From NCBI RefSeq assembly GCF_001194135.2, contig NC_068994.1, positions 17,632,387 to 17,693,988 on the forward strand: a DNA stretch of 61,602 nt, in the 5' to 3' direction. This stretch comes from Octopus bimaculoides. Lineage: Eukaryota. Below the pieces are notes generated by a model that was not told the origin of the DNA, made no database searches, and saw nothing but the letters and a program-made list of their open reading frames with translations. Position numbers and translations under genes: made by a program. Below, in pieces: positions 14,059-26,547 of the stretch. Positions within the stretch are counted from its first letter, which is position 1; every line of letters begins with the position of its first letter.

Positions 14059-14060
<2 letters not shown>
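13712..14060 (-). mobile_element. 5'-truncated R4/Dong-clade LINE 3' end inserted in (TAA)n
   Basis: The minus frame reads IPVIVGSLGMIKKGTENYLRMIPGLPSMQKVQKIILTDMSHVLRRALSL*, resembling the C-terminus of the restriction-like endonuclease of R4/Dong elements. (ATT)n arrays flank both sides. Confidence 0.7.
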
Positions 14061-14110
<50 letters not shown>

Positions 14111-15052
14111 CATTATAAAAGGCGGTGAGCTGGCAGAATCATTAGCACACCAGGCAAAATGCTTACCACTATTGCATCCATTGCTATGTTCTGAGGTTGC
14201 CTTTACCTTTCATCCTTTTGAGGTTAGTAAAATGAATATCAGTTGAGTACTGGGGGTCGATTACATCAACCTACCACTCCCCCCCGAAATTGCTACCATT
14301 ATTATATGTAAAAGCATTTGTGCTGATGCCATGTAAAAAGCATCTAGCATACTCTGTTATGTGGTTGGCATTAGGAAGGGCATCCAGCCATTGAAACCAA
14401 GCCAAATCAGACTGAAACCTGGTGCAGCTCTGCTGCTTGTCAAACTGTCCAACCCATGTCAGCGTGGAAAACAGACATTAAATGATGATGTAGTAATAAC
14501 CCTTTTGATACTAAACTGTCTGAGAGGGCCTTTGGTTCTATGATACAACTTGCCTTTTTCAAAGTAATTTAAATGAAAATGTTCCATCAAAGTTTCATGC
14601 TGATTTATATTTCAAAAACAACCTTCATAGTGACAAACTTAGTTTACTAAATTCTTTGTTATTTTCAAAATTTATACAAGCAAGGGCAGTGTATTTCAAC
14701 AGATATATAGTAACAAAAGGGTTTTAATAAATTTAGAACTTCTCCCAAGTAGGCTGCTAAACTGCAATGGGGTAAAATTTCCACCAATTGCTTAGCTTCT
14801 AATATTAACTAAATGAACTGAGGCATATTGAATGAAAAGGCTTGTCCAAAGACGATATAATAGTAGTCTGTAGTCCAATGCTATTCAGATATTTGCCTTT
14901 GAAACCACCCTTTTGTTGTCATATTTCTTCTGAAATTCACTGTCTTTGTTCTAATAAAAAAATTAGTAAAATATTTTTGTCATTATTAAGTTGGTATTTG
15001 GGGTATAAATTAACATGGAAATTTAGATGAGAAATTGTAATTTAGATCACTT

Positions 15053-15567
15053 TTAACCCTTTAGCACTCAGATTACTCTGTCAAATGTAATGCTTATTTA
15101 TTTACATTCATCATCATCGTCGTTTAACGTTCGCTTTCCATGCTAGCATGGGTTGGACGATTTGACTGAGGACTAGTGAACCAGATGGCTACACCAGGCT
15201 CCAATCTGATTTGGCAGAGTTTCTACAGCTGGATGCCCTTCCTAACGCCAACCACTCCGAGAGTGTAGTGGGTGCTTTTACGTGCAACCGGCACGAGGGC
15301 CAGTCAGGCGGGTACTGGCAATGGCCACGCTCAAAATGGTGTATTTTACATGCACAAGGGCCAGTCCAGTGGCACTGGCAAATCATGCATTATGCTGTAG
15401 CTTCAAGATTTTGATCATGTGATTGCAGGGTAGGTGTGAAAGGCAAATCTAGCCAGTTTGATCATAAAACAGATAGAATATTTGGAATGGGTATGGCCAG
15501 TTTAAATACTAAAGGGTTGGACGTTTCTGTTATGGAGGTAGTTTCAGGTAGGCTTGTATCAAAAGAG
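15053..15567. mobile_element. piggyBac-like MITE (TTAA-CCCTTT...AAAGGG-TTAA) interrupted by an RTE-tail insertion (15109-15385, -)
   Basis: Same MITE family at about 25809-26032, 54200-54422, 54832-55040 (-), 55897-56115 and 44440-44565. Confidence 0.65.
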
Positions 15568-16112
15568 TTAAAGTGCCAGTTTAATAATTCATTAGTTTCT
15601 CTGGTGAAAAGTTACAGTTGAAAAATTTCAATTATAATTGAACAAAACAGTTGACTTGATATTAAAATGTATTAAAAGATCCAAGAAACAAAACAGTTTT
15701 GAAACAGATGGATATTCTACTTCTTAATGCCAACTTTCTACTGGAAAATTCAGTATTTACCATTTTTCATCCAAACATCTTGCCACAGCAGATGAAATGT
15801 ATCTTTTACTAGTTTCAGTTATTGGATTGTGATCATGCTGGGGTACTGCCTTGAAGGGTTTCAGTTGAGCAAATTGACCCCAGTACTTTATTTTTTTTAA
15901 ATTTTGGTATTTGTTCTTTCAGTTGCTTTTGGCAGATCACTAAGTTTCAAGCATGTAAACAAACCAACACTGGTTGTGAAGTAGTTTGGGTGACCAACGC
16001 AGACATATTGACTTACACACACACACATATGAATGAGAAAAAGAAGAAAATGGAGAAATTGACATATAGACATCAGTTTATTCAAAGATATTCAAATTAA
16101 TATATGAAATTC

Positions 16113-16193
<81 letters not shown>

Positions 16194-16412
16194 AGGCTCC
16201 CACACCATTTTCATCTACCAAATTCATTCAAAAGGCATTGGCCAGCCTGGGGCTATAGTAGCAGACAGCTACCCAATGTGCAGCATAATGAAACTGAACC
16301 TAAAAGCACATGGTTGCAAAACAAGCCTCTTAACCACACAGCCATTTAAAATTCTAAATCTGTTTAACTGTCTGAGACATTTTTTGTTTTTGTTTTTTTG
16401 AATGGGATTTAT

Positions 16413-16446
<34 letters not shown>

Positions 16447-16447
<1 letters not shown>

Positions 16448-16888
16448 TCTTTCTACTATAGGTACAAGGCCTGAAATTTTGAGGGAGGGGGTCTAATTGA
16501 TTACATTGACCCCTGTGCTCGACTGGTGCTTATTTTATCAACCTGGATGAAAGGCAAAGTCAACATCAGCAGAATTTGAACTCAGAACTTAAAGTCAGAA
16601 GAAATGGCACCGAGCAGTTTTGCCTGGCATGCTAACAATTCTGCCAGCTCACTGCCACAATGATAATAATGATAATCCTTTCTACTATAACCACAAAGGC
16701 TGAAATTATGGTGTAGGAGGCTAGTCAATTACACCGACCCCAGTACTCAACTAGTACTTATTTCATTGGCCCCGAAATGATTTAAGGCAAAGTTGACCTT
16801 AGCGGAATTTGAACTCAGAACACAGTGATGGACGACATACTGCTAAGCATTTCACCCAGTGTGCTAACAATTCTACCAGCTTGCCACC

Positions 16889-16936
<48 letters not shown>

Positions 16937-17373
16937 CTTTCTATTATAGGGTACAAGACCTGAAGTTTTGGGTGAGGGAGTAAGTTGATTACATTCATGC
17001 CAGTGTTCAACTGGTGCTTGTTTTATCAATCCCAAAGGGATGAAAGGCAAAATTTGAACTCGGAACGTAAAGATGAATGAAATGCCTCTAAGCATTTTGT
17101 CCAGCTTGCTAATGATTCTGCCAGCTCACCGCCTTAATAAATATAATAATAATAAACCCTTTCTACCATAAGAACAAGACCTGAAATTTGTGGGGAGGGG
17201 GACTAGTCGATTATTTTTGACCCCAGTATACAACTGGTACTTAATTTATCAACCCTGAAAGGATGAAAGGCAAGGTCAACCTTGGCAGAACTTGAACTCA
17301 GAAGAATGTAACAACAGGCAAAATACCGCTAAGCATATTGCGTGGCGTGCTAAAGATTCTGCCTGCTTGCCAA
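16447..17373 (-). mobile_element. Four head-to-tail SINE family C copies separated by (AAT)n/(AGT)n
   Basis: Four successive reverse-complement matches to the family C consensus. Confidence 0.8.
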
Positions 17374-17895
17374 TGATAATAATAACAATAGAGAAAATGT
17401 TAACTTTCAGAAATTAATGATCTTTATTGTTTAATATTTAAATCCTTGAAGTCAATGAAATGATAGATATTGATTTTGATGTACTTTCCAATTTTCAGTG
17501 GGAATAAAATCTGAACAACCAAAAACATATCAAATCTGAGCGTTGGTTTTTTTTTTTCTTTTCTACATTTTTGCCAAACTCCTTCTCCCAATATTAATTT
17601 TTCATAACTGGCATTTAATCATTACAAGTTATACATTGTGACATTTACACTCTATGTTATTTATCTGATTTTTAACTGAAGCAGTCTGTATTGAAGAGAC
17701 AAACAATAATCACTGCAGCTTTCCTCTTTTGCCATTTCCTCTTTTAACTAGTTTCAATCAATCACAAATGAGTATTATGGAGCATTTTAAAGGAAACCCT
17801 TTCACATTTTAGTTTATTTATATCAGTCCTTTCCATTTTTTCTATCAGTATGCTTTACTTTTTATTTTTAGTAACAAACATTGGTATCTTTTATT

Positions 17896-18222
17896 ATTAC
17901 CTCTGCCTTTGTGAAGGCGGGGGTGTTGTTTTCAGACATGTTTGTTTGTTTGTCCCTGGACAAGATATCTCAAGAACCACTGGATGGATTCAGTTGAAAT
18001 TTACAGGGATGTTTGGCCTTGTAACTGGCACAAACTGATTAGATTTGGGGATCGATCTGGTGCCGGACAAGGATTCTGGATTATTTTTCCTGTTTTTACT
18101 TAATTTTTGGGTGCGGTCAGGTTCATTTTTAGTATTCTCGTTTGTGAGAGCACGTCTCTAGCTAATCATTGAGAGGATGTTGGTGTTGCCTTGGCAGAGG
18201 TTTGCACTCTCTGGGTGCTCTT
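17896..18222 (+). mobile_element. Helentron-associated (HINE-type) non-autonomous element
   Basis: Subterminal inverted repeats ACCTCTGCC (17899-17907) / GGCAGAGGT (18193-18201), a (GTTT)n microsatellite near the 5' end, and a 3' hairpin GCAC-TCTCTGG-GTGC. Confidence 0.65.
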
Positions 18223-18870
18223 ATTATTATTATTAGCATACCAGACAAAATTCTTAGCAGTATTTCTGAGTTCAAATCCACCAAGGTCAACTTTACCTCT
18301 CATCTTTTCAAGATTAATAAAATAAGTTACCAGTCAAGTGCTGAGGTCAATGTAATCAACTTCATCCACCTCTACTCTCAAAAAATGATAGCCCTGTGTC
18401 AAAATTTTATTGTCGTTGCTGTTGTTGTTGTTGTTGTTGTTAAGGCAGTGAGCTGATAGAATCATTACAGCATGGGACAAAATGCCTAGCAGTATTTCTT
18501 TCAACTCATTATGTTCTGAGTTCAAATTCTACCAAGATCGACTTATACTTTCAACCTTCCAGGGTCAGTTAATAAGTATCAGTCAAGCACTGGGGTTGAT
18601 GTATCGACTTTCCCCTCCCACAAAATTTTAAGCCTTGTGCCTATATTAGAAAGGATTATTATTGTTATTTATTATTTATTTTTCAGAGATCAAGTTTTTA
18701 ACAGTAATGGATTTCATTCTCTTGTTTAAATAAATTTGTTGAACTGATTATATCATACAGCAGTATCTCTCAACCTTTTAACTTGGTTTATACTTCCCCT
18801 ACTCAATTATCTGATCCCTCTAACTTCTTAACAAACATTTTATTTATTTACAGTGTGTTACTGCTCATCC

Positions 18871-19257
18871 GTGGAGGCACAATGGCCCAGTGGTTAGGGC
18901 AGCGGACTCGCGGTCATAGGATCGCAGTTTCGATTCCCAAACTGGGCGTTGTGAGTATTTATTGAGTGAAAACACCTAAAGCTCCACGAGGCTCTGGCAG
19001 GGGATGGTGGCGAACCCTGCTGTACTCTCTCACCACAACTTTCTCTCAGTCTTTCTTCCTGTTTCTGTTGTGCCTGTAATTCAAAGGGCCAGCCTTGTCA
19101 CACTGTGTCATGCTGAATATCCCCGAGAACTACGTTAAGGGTACACATGTTTTTGGAGTGCTCAGCCACTTGCATGTTAATTTCACGAGCAGGCTGTTCC
19201 GTTGATCGGATCAACTGGAACCCTCGACATCGTAAGCGATGGAGTGCCAACAACAAC
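18871..19257 (+). mobile_element. SINE family A copy
   Basis: Aligns end to end with 9526-9914. Many differences are CpG transitions. Confidence 0.85.
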
Positions 19258-19379
19258 TGCTCATCCTTTCAATCCAGGCATAATTTTCCAGCTTTCTATT
19301 CTCAGTTTTATCCTACTTTATTAATCAATGTTGAGATCAATAAAATAATGCAAGATTGAGAATGGGGTTGTTCATATAT

Positions 19380-19830
19380 CAATCATATAGCAACCAAGGT
19401 AAGAAAGGGCTGGAGAAAGTTCAAGGGACATCTGCAGCAGGCAACAAAGATCTTCTCCCTCAGCATCAAGAGCATATTATACAATGCTTGTGTTAGGATT
19501 GCAATGCTGCATAGCAGTAAGACATGAACCTTGAATGCAGAGAACTTGAAAAGACTGGAAAGAAATGAAGGGAATATGCTTTGTTGGATGTGCAATGTAA
19601 GTGTGCATGAATGGCGTATTTGTATGTGCTGAGAGAAAAACTGGTCATAAGAGGAATTGGATGTAATGCGTGAAAAAGAAGACTACATTGGTATGGACAT
19701 GCATATGGATGAGAACACTTGTATAAAAAAGTACTGATCACTTAGTATGGATGGAGTTTACTGTAAAGGAGAGCCAGAAGAGACGACAAAGAACCAGGAT
19801 GACTGGCAATATGCAGTTCTTGAAAAGAAC
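19380..19830 (+). mobile_element. Decayed RTE-clade LINE ORF C-terminus
   Basis: Translates to LREKLVIRGIGCNA*KRRLHWYGH..., matching the RL(R/H)WFGH motif and the copy at 60.8 kb. Confidence 0.6.
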
Positions 19831-20369
19831 CATCCAAATCAGTTCTAGAAACAGTGTGTATGTGATATCATGTCTCTAACTGCAACTTTTCCTTGATACT
19901 ACTAATCTTTCTTACTACCCAGAACCATTTCACTTGATCTGTATTCTTCTTCCTTATACTGTTCTCTCCACTTGCATTTTATTTTTCCTCATCCACTGAA
20001 CCACCAAATTATCTTTCCTCCACCACCATACTTCTCTCACTCTCCTCACACACTAAACCTACCTCTCTTCCCACCACACACACTAAACCTACCTCTCTCC
20101 TCACCATACACACTAAACCTACCTCTCTCCCCGCCACACACACACTCTAGAAAGCTACCCAACCACACATAATCTTTCTCTTGTCCTTCCCGTCAACTTT
20201 ATCAACATTACTATTCTGTTGCTCTTAACCCTGCATCATTGGTCATCCCAACCCTTATCCTCCATTCAATACATCCACTATATTCACCCTTCATTCCCCA
20301 TTTCACTCTCCCATACACTCTTGCTACCTCTACTGACCCACACTCTTGCTTCTCTCCCCATTCACATGG

Positions 20370-21990
20370 TATAAACTTTGACACTCTCTACAACATTAGA
20401 TTTGATGTTAAGCACCCTGTAACAGATGGATTCCTAAGCTTGCTTGATTTCACCATATCCTTTTGTTTCAAGACAAACTATAATCTGAATCTTTAAAAAA
20501 GGGGTTGACAAGGATGTCTTTTTCAACCTTGATTCCATTATCCACAAAGCCTAAAGTACCATGCAGCAGATAAAAAACACACCTGCTACATGAACAGGTG
20601 CAATGAGACCAAGCTAACAGACTCCATACTGATAAACTTCAAAGTGATGCTGTCTGGTAGGAACTACTGACAAGGTTTTATGGAATGAGTGTGTGATTCA
20701 GTTTGCTCTGCAGGGGCGGGCAGTGCATAAACTTCACAGAACTTCTTTGAGACCAACCAGAATGAAGGGTGCAATGACAAAGATAACGAAAGTCACAGAC
20801 TACCTAGACATGATGCCAACCGCTTGCTTACCAACAACCAAACAAGGATAGCAATGATAGTATAGTAAAAAAGAAGAAGAAAAGGAGAGAAGAATAAAGA
20901 TATAGAAGAAAGAGGAAGGACAAGGAAAAAATATAAAGAGTAAAAGAAAAACACACAAAACTGGATCATCGGAGAAAACACTGAAAATTTATTTTTGAAA
21001 CTGTATTAAGAGTTCAAGGTCTTCCTATTAGAACCACAAGATCTGTTGATGCTCTTAGCCAATACTTGTCACACACAGCAACAACTCAAGAAACATGCCC
21101 TTCTCTCTTAGATGCTTATCCAGTTACATCAGAGAATAATACGTTGGACTGCATTTGTCTAGTATGTCTGGAAACCAATACTTTATAAACTTAGTTGGAC
21201 AGAAAGCTATGTAGAATCTACCAAATGACAACTTCATCCCAGGAGCTTAAGCATTTCTGTAATGCCATGGCACTCAGTAGAGTGTTCTGACACAACTGAA
21301 CATGCAGAGAAAGTATATTAACCGAGATATTAATGGAAAACAAAGATACAGTATTTGCTATATTTGGAAATAGTCATATTTTTGCCAATTAAATACACAC
21401 ACTCTATTCTTTTACTTGTGACTGCATCCATTTTATTCTTTTACTTGTGACTGCATCCATTTTATTCTTTTACTTGTGACTGCAGCCATGCTGGGGCACT
21501 GCCATTTTAGTCAATAAAATTGATCCCAGTACTTCATTTTTAAAACTTGTTACTTATTCTATCGGTTTCTTTTGCTGAACTGCTAAATTAATGGGACATA
21601 AACACATCAACACTAGCTATCAAGCAGTGATGGGGGAGTCTCGAATACAGACACAAATATATACAACAGGCTTCTTTCAGTTTCTGTCTAACAAATCCAC
21701 TCACAAGGCTTTGGTCAGCCTAAGGCTATGGTAGAAGACACTTGCCCAAGGTGCCATACAGTGGGATTGAAACTGGAACTATGTGGTTGGGAAGCAAGCT
21801 CCTTACCACACAGCCATACCTGCACACTATATACTCAATATTCACTTCAGATTTATTATTATTATTATTATTTTAGTATACCTCATCTGAGCTCTTCTAT
21901 CACACATCCTGTGACCTCTTCAGCAACTTTTTATCCCATGTGTCTCCTCTTGTTCTGTTTACTCCAAAACAAATACACAAACATAAAAAA
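20370..21990 (+). mobile_element. Decayed Penelope-like element: RT thumb + GIY-YIG remnants followed by pLTR-like sequence (split by a family B SINE)
   Basis: NIRFDVKHPVTDGFLSLLDFTI (about 20390-20455); frameshifted FKKGVDKDVFF; PQSLKYH...NRC; and LYKLSWTESYVESTK*QLHPR from 21181 (YxL...YVGST.R.LH.R-like). Downstream sequence is homologous to the 22.4 kb and 42.3 kb elements. Confidence 0.6.
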
Positions 21991-22438
21991 GATACAGCAA
22001 ATCTTCAGAAAGCCAAAGCACACTTCATTAAAATAATAAACCCACCTTGAATCTTCAAAGTGAGATGGATGCATGGAAACTCCTATACTATTTTCCCAAA
22101 TGATATGTCTAGCTACCTGGTTGTCAAAATGAGTCAGTTTTGCTTTTTCATCCTTTCAGGATTGTTAAAATAAGTATCAGTTGTACACTGGAGTTGATGT
22201 AATTGACTATCCTTTCAAAATTTCTGTGCCAAATTTTGAAACCATTATTGGTATTTATGATCCCATAAAGATAAAAGGTGAAGTTAATCCCACAATAATT
22301 TCAACTCAGTAATAAGAAACAAGAAACCATATTGACTTGGGTTGTATAATCTTCACCACTTCATTACTTTGTTATACAACTCAATATTAAACCAAATATG
22401 TCTTAGAAGATGAGCTATTTTTCTATCATTTATTTATA

Positions 22439-22867
22439 TTTATGTATTCATTTTGCAAGATTCCTGATGGGAAATCATGTGTTGAAACATGTTATTCTTG
22501 GGGATGATCATACTTTGCCAATTAAACACATGCACTATATATTTAGTCTTCACTTCAGCTTTACTATTATTATTTTAGTATCTTTGTCAAAGATCTTTCT
22601 TCACACATCCTGGGACCTCATCAGTGACTTTTTAAGCCATGTATCTCCTCTTGTTCTTCTAATTCCACTTTTTGGGGGGTGGGGTAGAATAAGAAGAACA
22701 AGAGGAGATATGTGGGATAGAGGCTCATTGAAGAGGTCACAAGATGGATGATGAAAGAGCTTAGACAAAAAGACACTAAAATAAGAAAAATAATAAAGCT
22801 GAAATGAAGGCCATGTATATAGTGTACGTGTTTAATTGGCAAAAAATATAACCATCCCCAAATATAA
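22439..22867. mobile_element. Penelope-like non-autonomous element with inverted arms and hammerhead motif
   Basis: Arms of about 185 bp (22491-22669 / 22683-22868, roughly 75-80% identical). Flanked by CTATCATTTATTTATA (22423-22438) and CTATAATTTATTTATA (22868-22883). Confidence 0.65.
22586..22628 (-). ncRNA. Minimal type I hammerhead ribozyme-like motif (stem II decayed)
   Basis: The minus strand reads GTCA CTGATGA G GTCCC AGGATGT GTGAA GAAA GATC T T TGAC: intact core, 4-bp stem I (GUCA/UGAC), palindromic AGAUCU stem III. Confidence 0.55.
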
Positions 22868-22917
22868 CTATAATTTATTTATAGTAATTTTTTTTTTGTT
22901 TTCTTTTTCTTTTTCAG

Positions 22918-23098
22918 GATTGGTAAACTGAAAACTTTGTCTGTTTTGGAAACAGAAAGTGTCTCAATGGGTTGGCTGTATTGGGGTTATGCTAAATTCA
23001 TCAGAAGTCCATTATCATGGGCTGTGAATTTAGCATCAAGCATGATTTCCAAGAATAATAAATGTCTTGAAGAAAGTGTGATGACAGAGGTCTTGAAG
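22918..23098 (+). CDS. CHMP7: CHMP7 exon 2 (IGKLKT...GWLYWGYAKFIRSPLSWAV...EVLK)
   Basis: Long pyrimidine tract + TTTCAG| acceptor, AAG|GTTAGT donor, phase fits exon 1. The Trp-rich segment resembles the CHMP7 membrane-binding insertion. Confidence 0.92.
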
Positions 23099-24982
23099 GT
23101 TAGTTATAACTTGTGTGTTCACTTAAAAAAAAATGTAACTGAAAGTTCACATCATAAGAATTTAGAAACTTTCAAGAGAATTTGAAATTCTATTTTTTTT
23201 TTTTTTTTTAATAATAGATCCCAAAGCACACATAAAGCTATAAATGATGGTATGTAAATATTGGATGGGAAAACCCTTTTAAAAGGCTGCATGTGGGACT
23301 CAAACCTCCATCCATGCCTGTTACTAAGGGATCTCATCAGTGACTGGAGAGCACTACTACCCCATCACTAACTATTTAATGGTTCACCCTCAGATTTACT
23401 CCACTTTAGCATTATTACAAGTTAGTGCCCACCCAGAATATTTTGAAACACTCCCAGGCACCAAAGTCTGATGGTGGACCTGCCTGCATCTCCTGTAGGC
23501 CATGACACATATTCTATCATTGGACCTGGGTTTGAATCCCATGGGCAGACTCTGACCTTTCGTATCCAAAAGCGTTTTTGCAACCTAATATTTATATGTT
23601 ATTATTTATAACTGTGTGTGTTTGAATATACTTTTTAATCATTTAAAATTGAGCCTCTTTACTTTTACTAAAGTGGTCTGCTTTTAATTATCCCTGTATT
23701 TCCTTTCCCATCAACTACAATTTTGACAGGAGAATGAAATAAAATTATTGATGTCTATTGTCCCAGTGATCAGTTAGATTTTACCTCTTTGCATATTTAC
23801 CTCTCTGCAGGGAAACTAGTATACTAGTATCTTATACATATTTCTATAATTTTATTGCCATTGTGGACCACCAGTCTTTCTAACAAATCTGACACAAACT
23901 GTTGCTTTCTACAATAAGAGTATCACAAGGAGAAATAGCATAGAAACAGCCATGACTGTGTGGTTAAGAAGCTTACTTCTCAACCATATGGTCTTAGGTT
24001 CAATCTCACTCTACAGCACCTTTGGCAAGTGTCTTTTGAAATAGCCCCAGGCCAACCAAAGCCTTGACAGTGGATTTGATTGATGGAAACTGAAAGAATC
24101 CCATGTGTGTTTGTATACATGTGTGTGTGTGTGTGTATTCATGTGTACCTTATCCAGACATCATGGTTGCAAATGAGCATCACCTTCATACAAGTGATGT
24201 TGTTTGTTTCCAGTCTTCCATGAAAAACATGTTTGGCTATGAGGAAATATTATCTTGCTAGGAAACAGGTGAGAGTTGATCACATGGAGGGCATCCAGCC
24301 ATAGAAAATCAGCCACAACAAATTTCAGCTGATCTATGCAAGAATGGTAAAGTGGATGTTAAATGATGAATGATGATGATGATAATGATTATTGTTGCAA
24401 ATGACATCTTGGAACAGACTTTACAAGACTACATAATTCACCATTAGTTAATACAGGGTATACATGGGTGATTTGCCTCACTGGCAGTATTAGCAATTTA
24501 CATGACCTGACACAGAAGTCAGTAATGTTGGTCTTCATTCTTCCTCTCCTTAAATAGAAACTCAGTGTATCACATAGGCATTATCATAGTCCCAAAGACA
24601 TGACCTCTGCTAGTAATGATTGTACATTGGTTGCATTGTAAATCAGGACTATTAGTCTGTGGAGAAAATATACTGTTCTAACAGTGAGCTGTCTAACTAA
24701 CAGAAAAGCTCCTCTGTTTCCGGTTGTTTTATCACAGTGATCCTTTAATATGATAAATCCTTGAGAAGCTGTTTGTAAATTGTTCACTTTGAAAACATGT
24801 TTATTAAAACAGAAAGTGAGAGTGAAGTATTTATATTTATAATATATATGAAAATAATCTTGTACTAGTTTTATTTCCCTTCATATTTATTCTCATGCAA
24901 GAAAATTCAGTCTTAACACTAAGTCATTAAAAAACATATATTAGCAACAGAGGCAGTATTAATACCAAGAGGTAATATCTTA

Positions 24983-25200
24983 TACTCTTTTTACTCTTTT
25001 ACCTGTTTCAGTCATTTGACTGTGTCCATGCTGGAGCACTGCCTTTAGTCAAGCAAATCGACCCCAGGACTTATTCTTTGGAAGCCTAGTACTTATTCTA
25101 TCGGTCTCTTTTGCCGAACTGCTAAGTTACGGGGACATAAACACACCAGCATCGGTTGTCAAGCAATGTTGGGGGGACAAACACAGACACACAAACACAT

Positions 25201-25246
<46 letters not shown>

Positions 25247-25410
25247 GACAGGCTTCTTTCAGTTTCCGTCTACCAAATCCACTCACAAGGCTTTGGGTCG
25301 GCCCGAGGCTATAGTAGAAGACACTTGCCCAAGGTGCCATGCAGTAGGACTGAACCCAGAACCATGTGGTTGGTAAGCAAGCTACTTACCACACAGCCAC
25401 TCCTGCACCT
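24983..25410 (-). mobile_element. SINE family B, full length
   Basis: Reverse complement of the family B consensus. Confidence 0.85.
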
Positions 25411-26547
25411 TATGTGGATATTCTGTTAGAGTAAACTATACTGCAGTAGATATCATGAGAAAAACTCTCGTATTGGCTTTTGGTGCAAAGTGCACTCATG
25501 TTTATACTGCTTGTGGGGAGATAAATCCCTGCCACCTCCAGTGTCATGAGCACCAGATCACATGATTTCAACCTTAATTGCTTATGAATCAATGATCACA
25601 AAACTACTATTTAATTATAGTCCTTTGTGTTCATAGTTTGTATCCCACCAAGGTTAATTACATCTTTCATCCTTCCAGAATCAGTAAAATAAAGTACTAG
25701 TCAAATACTAAGTCATTTTTATCAACTGATATTGATGCCTTCTAAGTGTCTTCAAGCAATGAGATTTTGACTAAAAATCCTAAAGAAATCTCAGTGTTAC
25801 TTGTGCTTTTAACCCTTCAGCATTCAGATTACTCTGTCAAATATAATCCTTATTTATTCACATTGTTTTGAATTAATCATGAATTAATCTTGTATTTCGA
25901 TTGTTATTATTGTATAGTTTTTAAATGATATTGTAGGATAGGCGTGTGAGGCTAGATCTAGCTGGTTTGAACAGAGAAAGGGTAGAGAATATTTGGGCCA
26001 GATATGGTTGGTTTAAATGCTAAAGAATTAAAGGATGGATGAAGGTATAAACCCCACCATATTCCTGTGAGTAGTATAACAATGACTACTCACTTAGGAT
26101 TATCTAAATGCTACATGTCCTATAATTAACAGGTCTGGAATGTGTTGATGGTAGTTATTGTAGCAGTGACATTGGCAGCACCAGTGGCATCTTTTAACCA
26201 TAGATTTTTGCATACTATCTGCTGCTGCTGAGATTCAGGTGGCCTCAGCTCTTATTTTGGCATTAGGGACCACCGGCATATTTGTTGTTGTTGTTGTATT
26301 TAAGCCAAGATCAGCCCTGCAGCTGTGATCATCCTCTCTTTTTGGAGATATGTAGGACTACACTGTCAAATGTGTCCTTTCCTGATTGAAAACAATAGGG
26401 TTTGATCTAAGAGAGGTCTGAGTGCTATTTCTTACTGATCAAAAAACAGTCTTGCAGGGGCTTCCCTCACTAGCTCATTAGCTAGATTCTCCATTTCGGG
26501 ATCTGTGTGTGTGTGTAACAAGAATAAGAATGGAGAAAATCACATCT

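Noticed and set aside
23260-23570. Minus-strand GTCACTGATGAGATCC as another hammerhead
   Set aside because: There is no stem II closure or GAAA downstream. The region looks like a weak inverted-repeat element instead.
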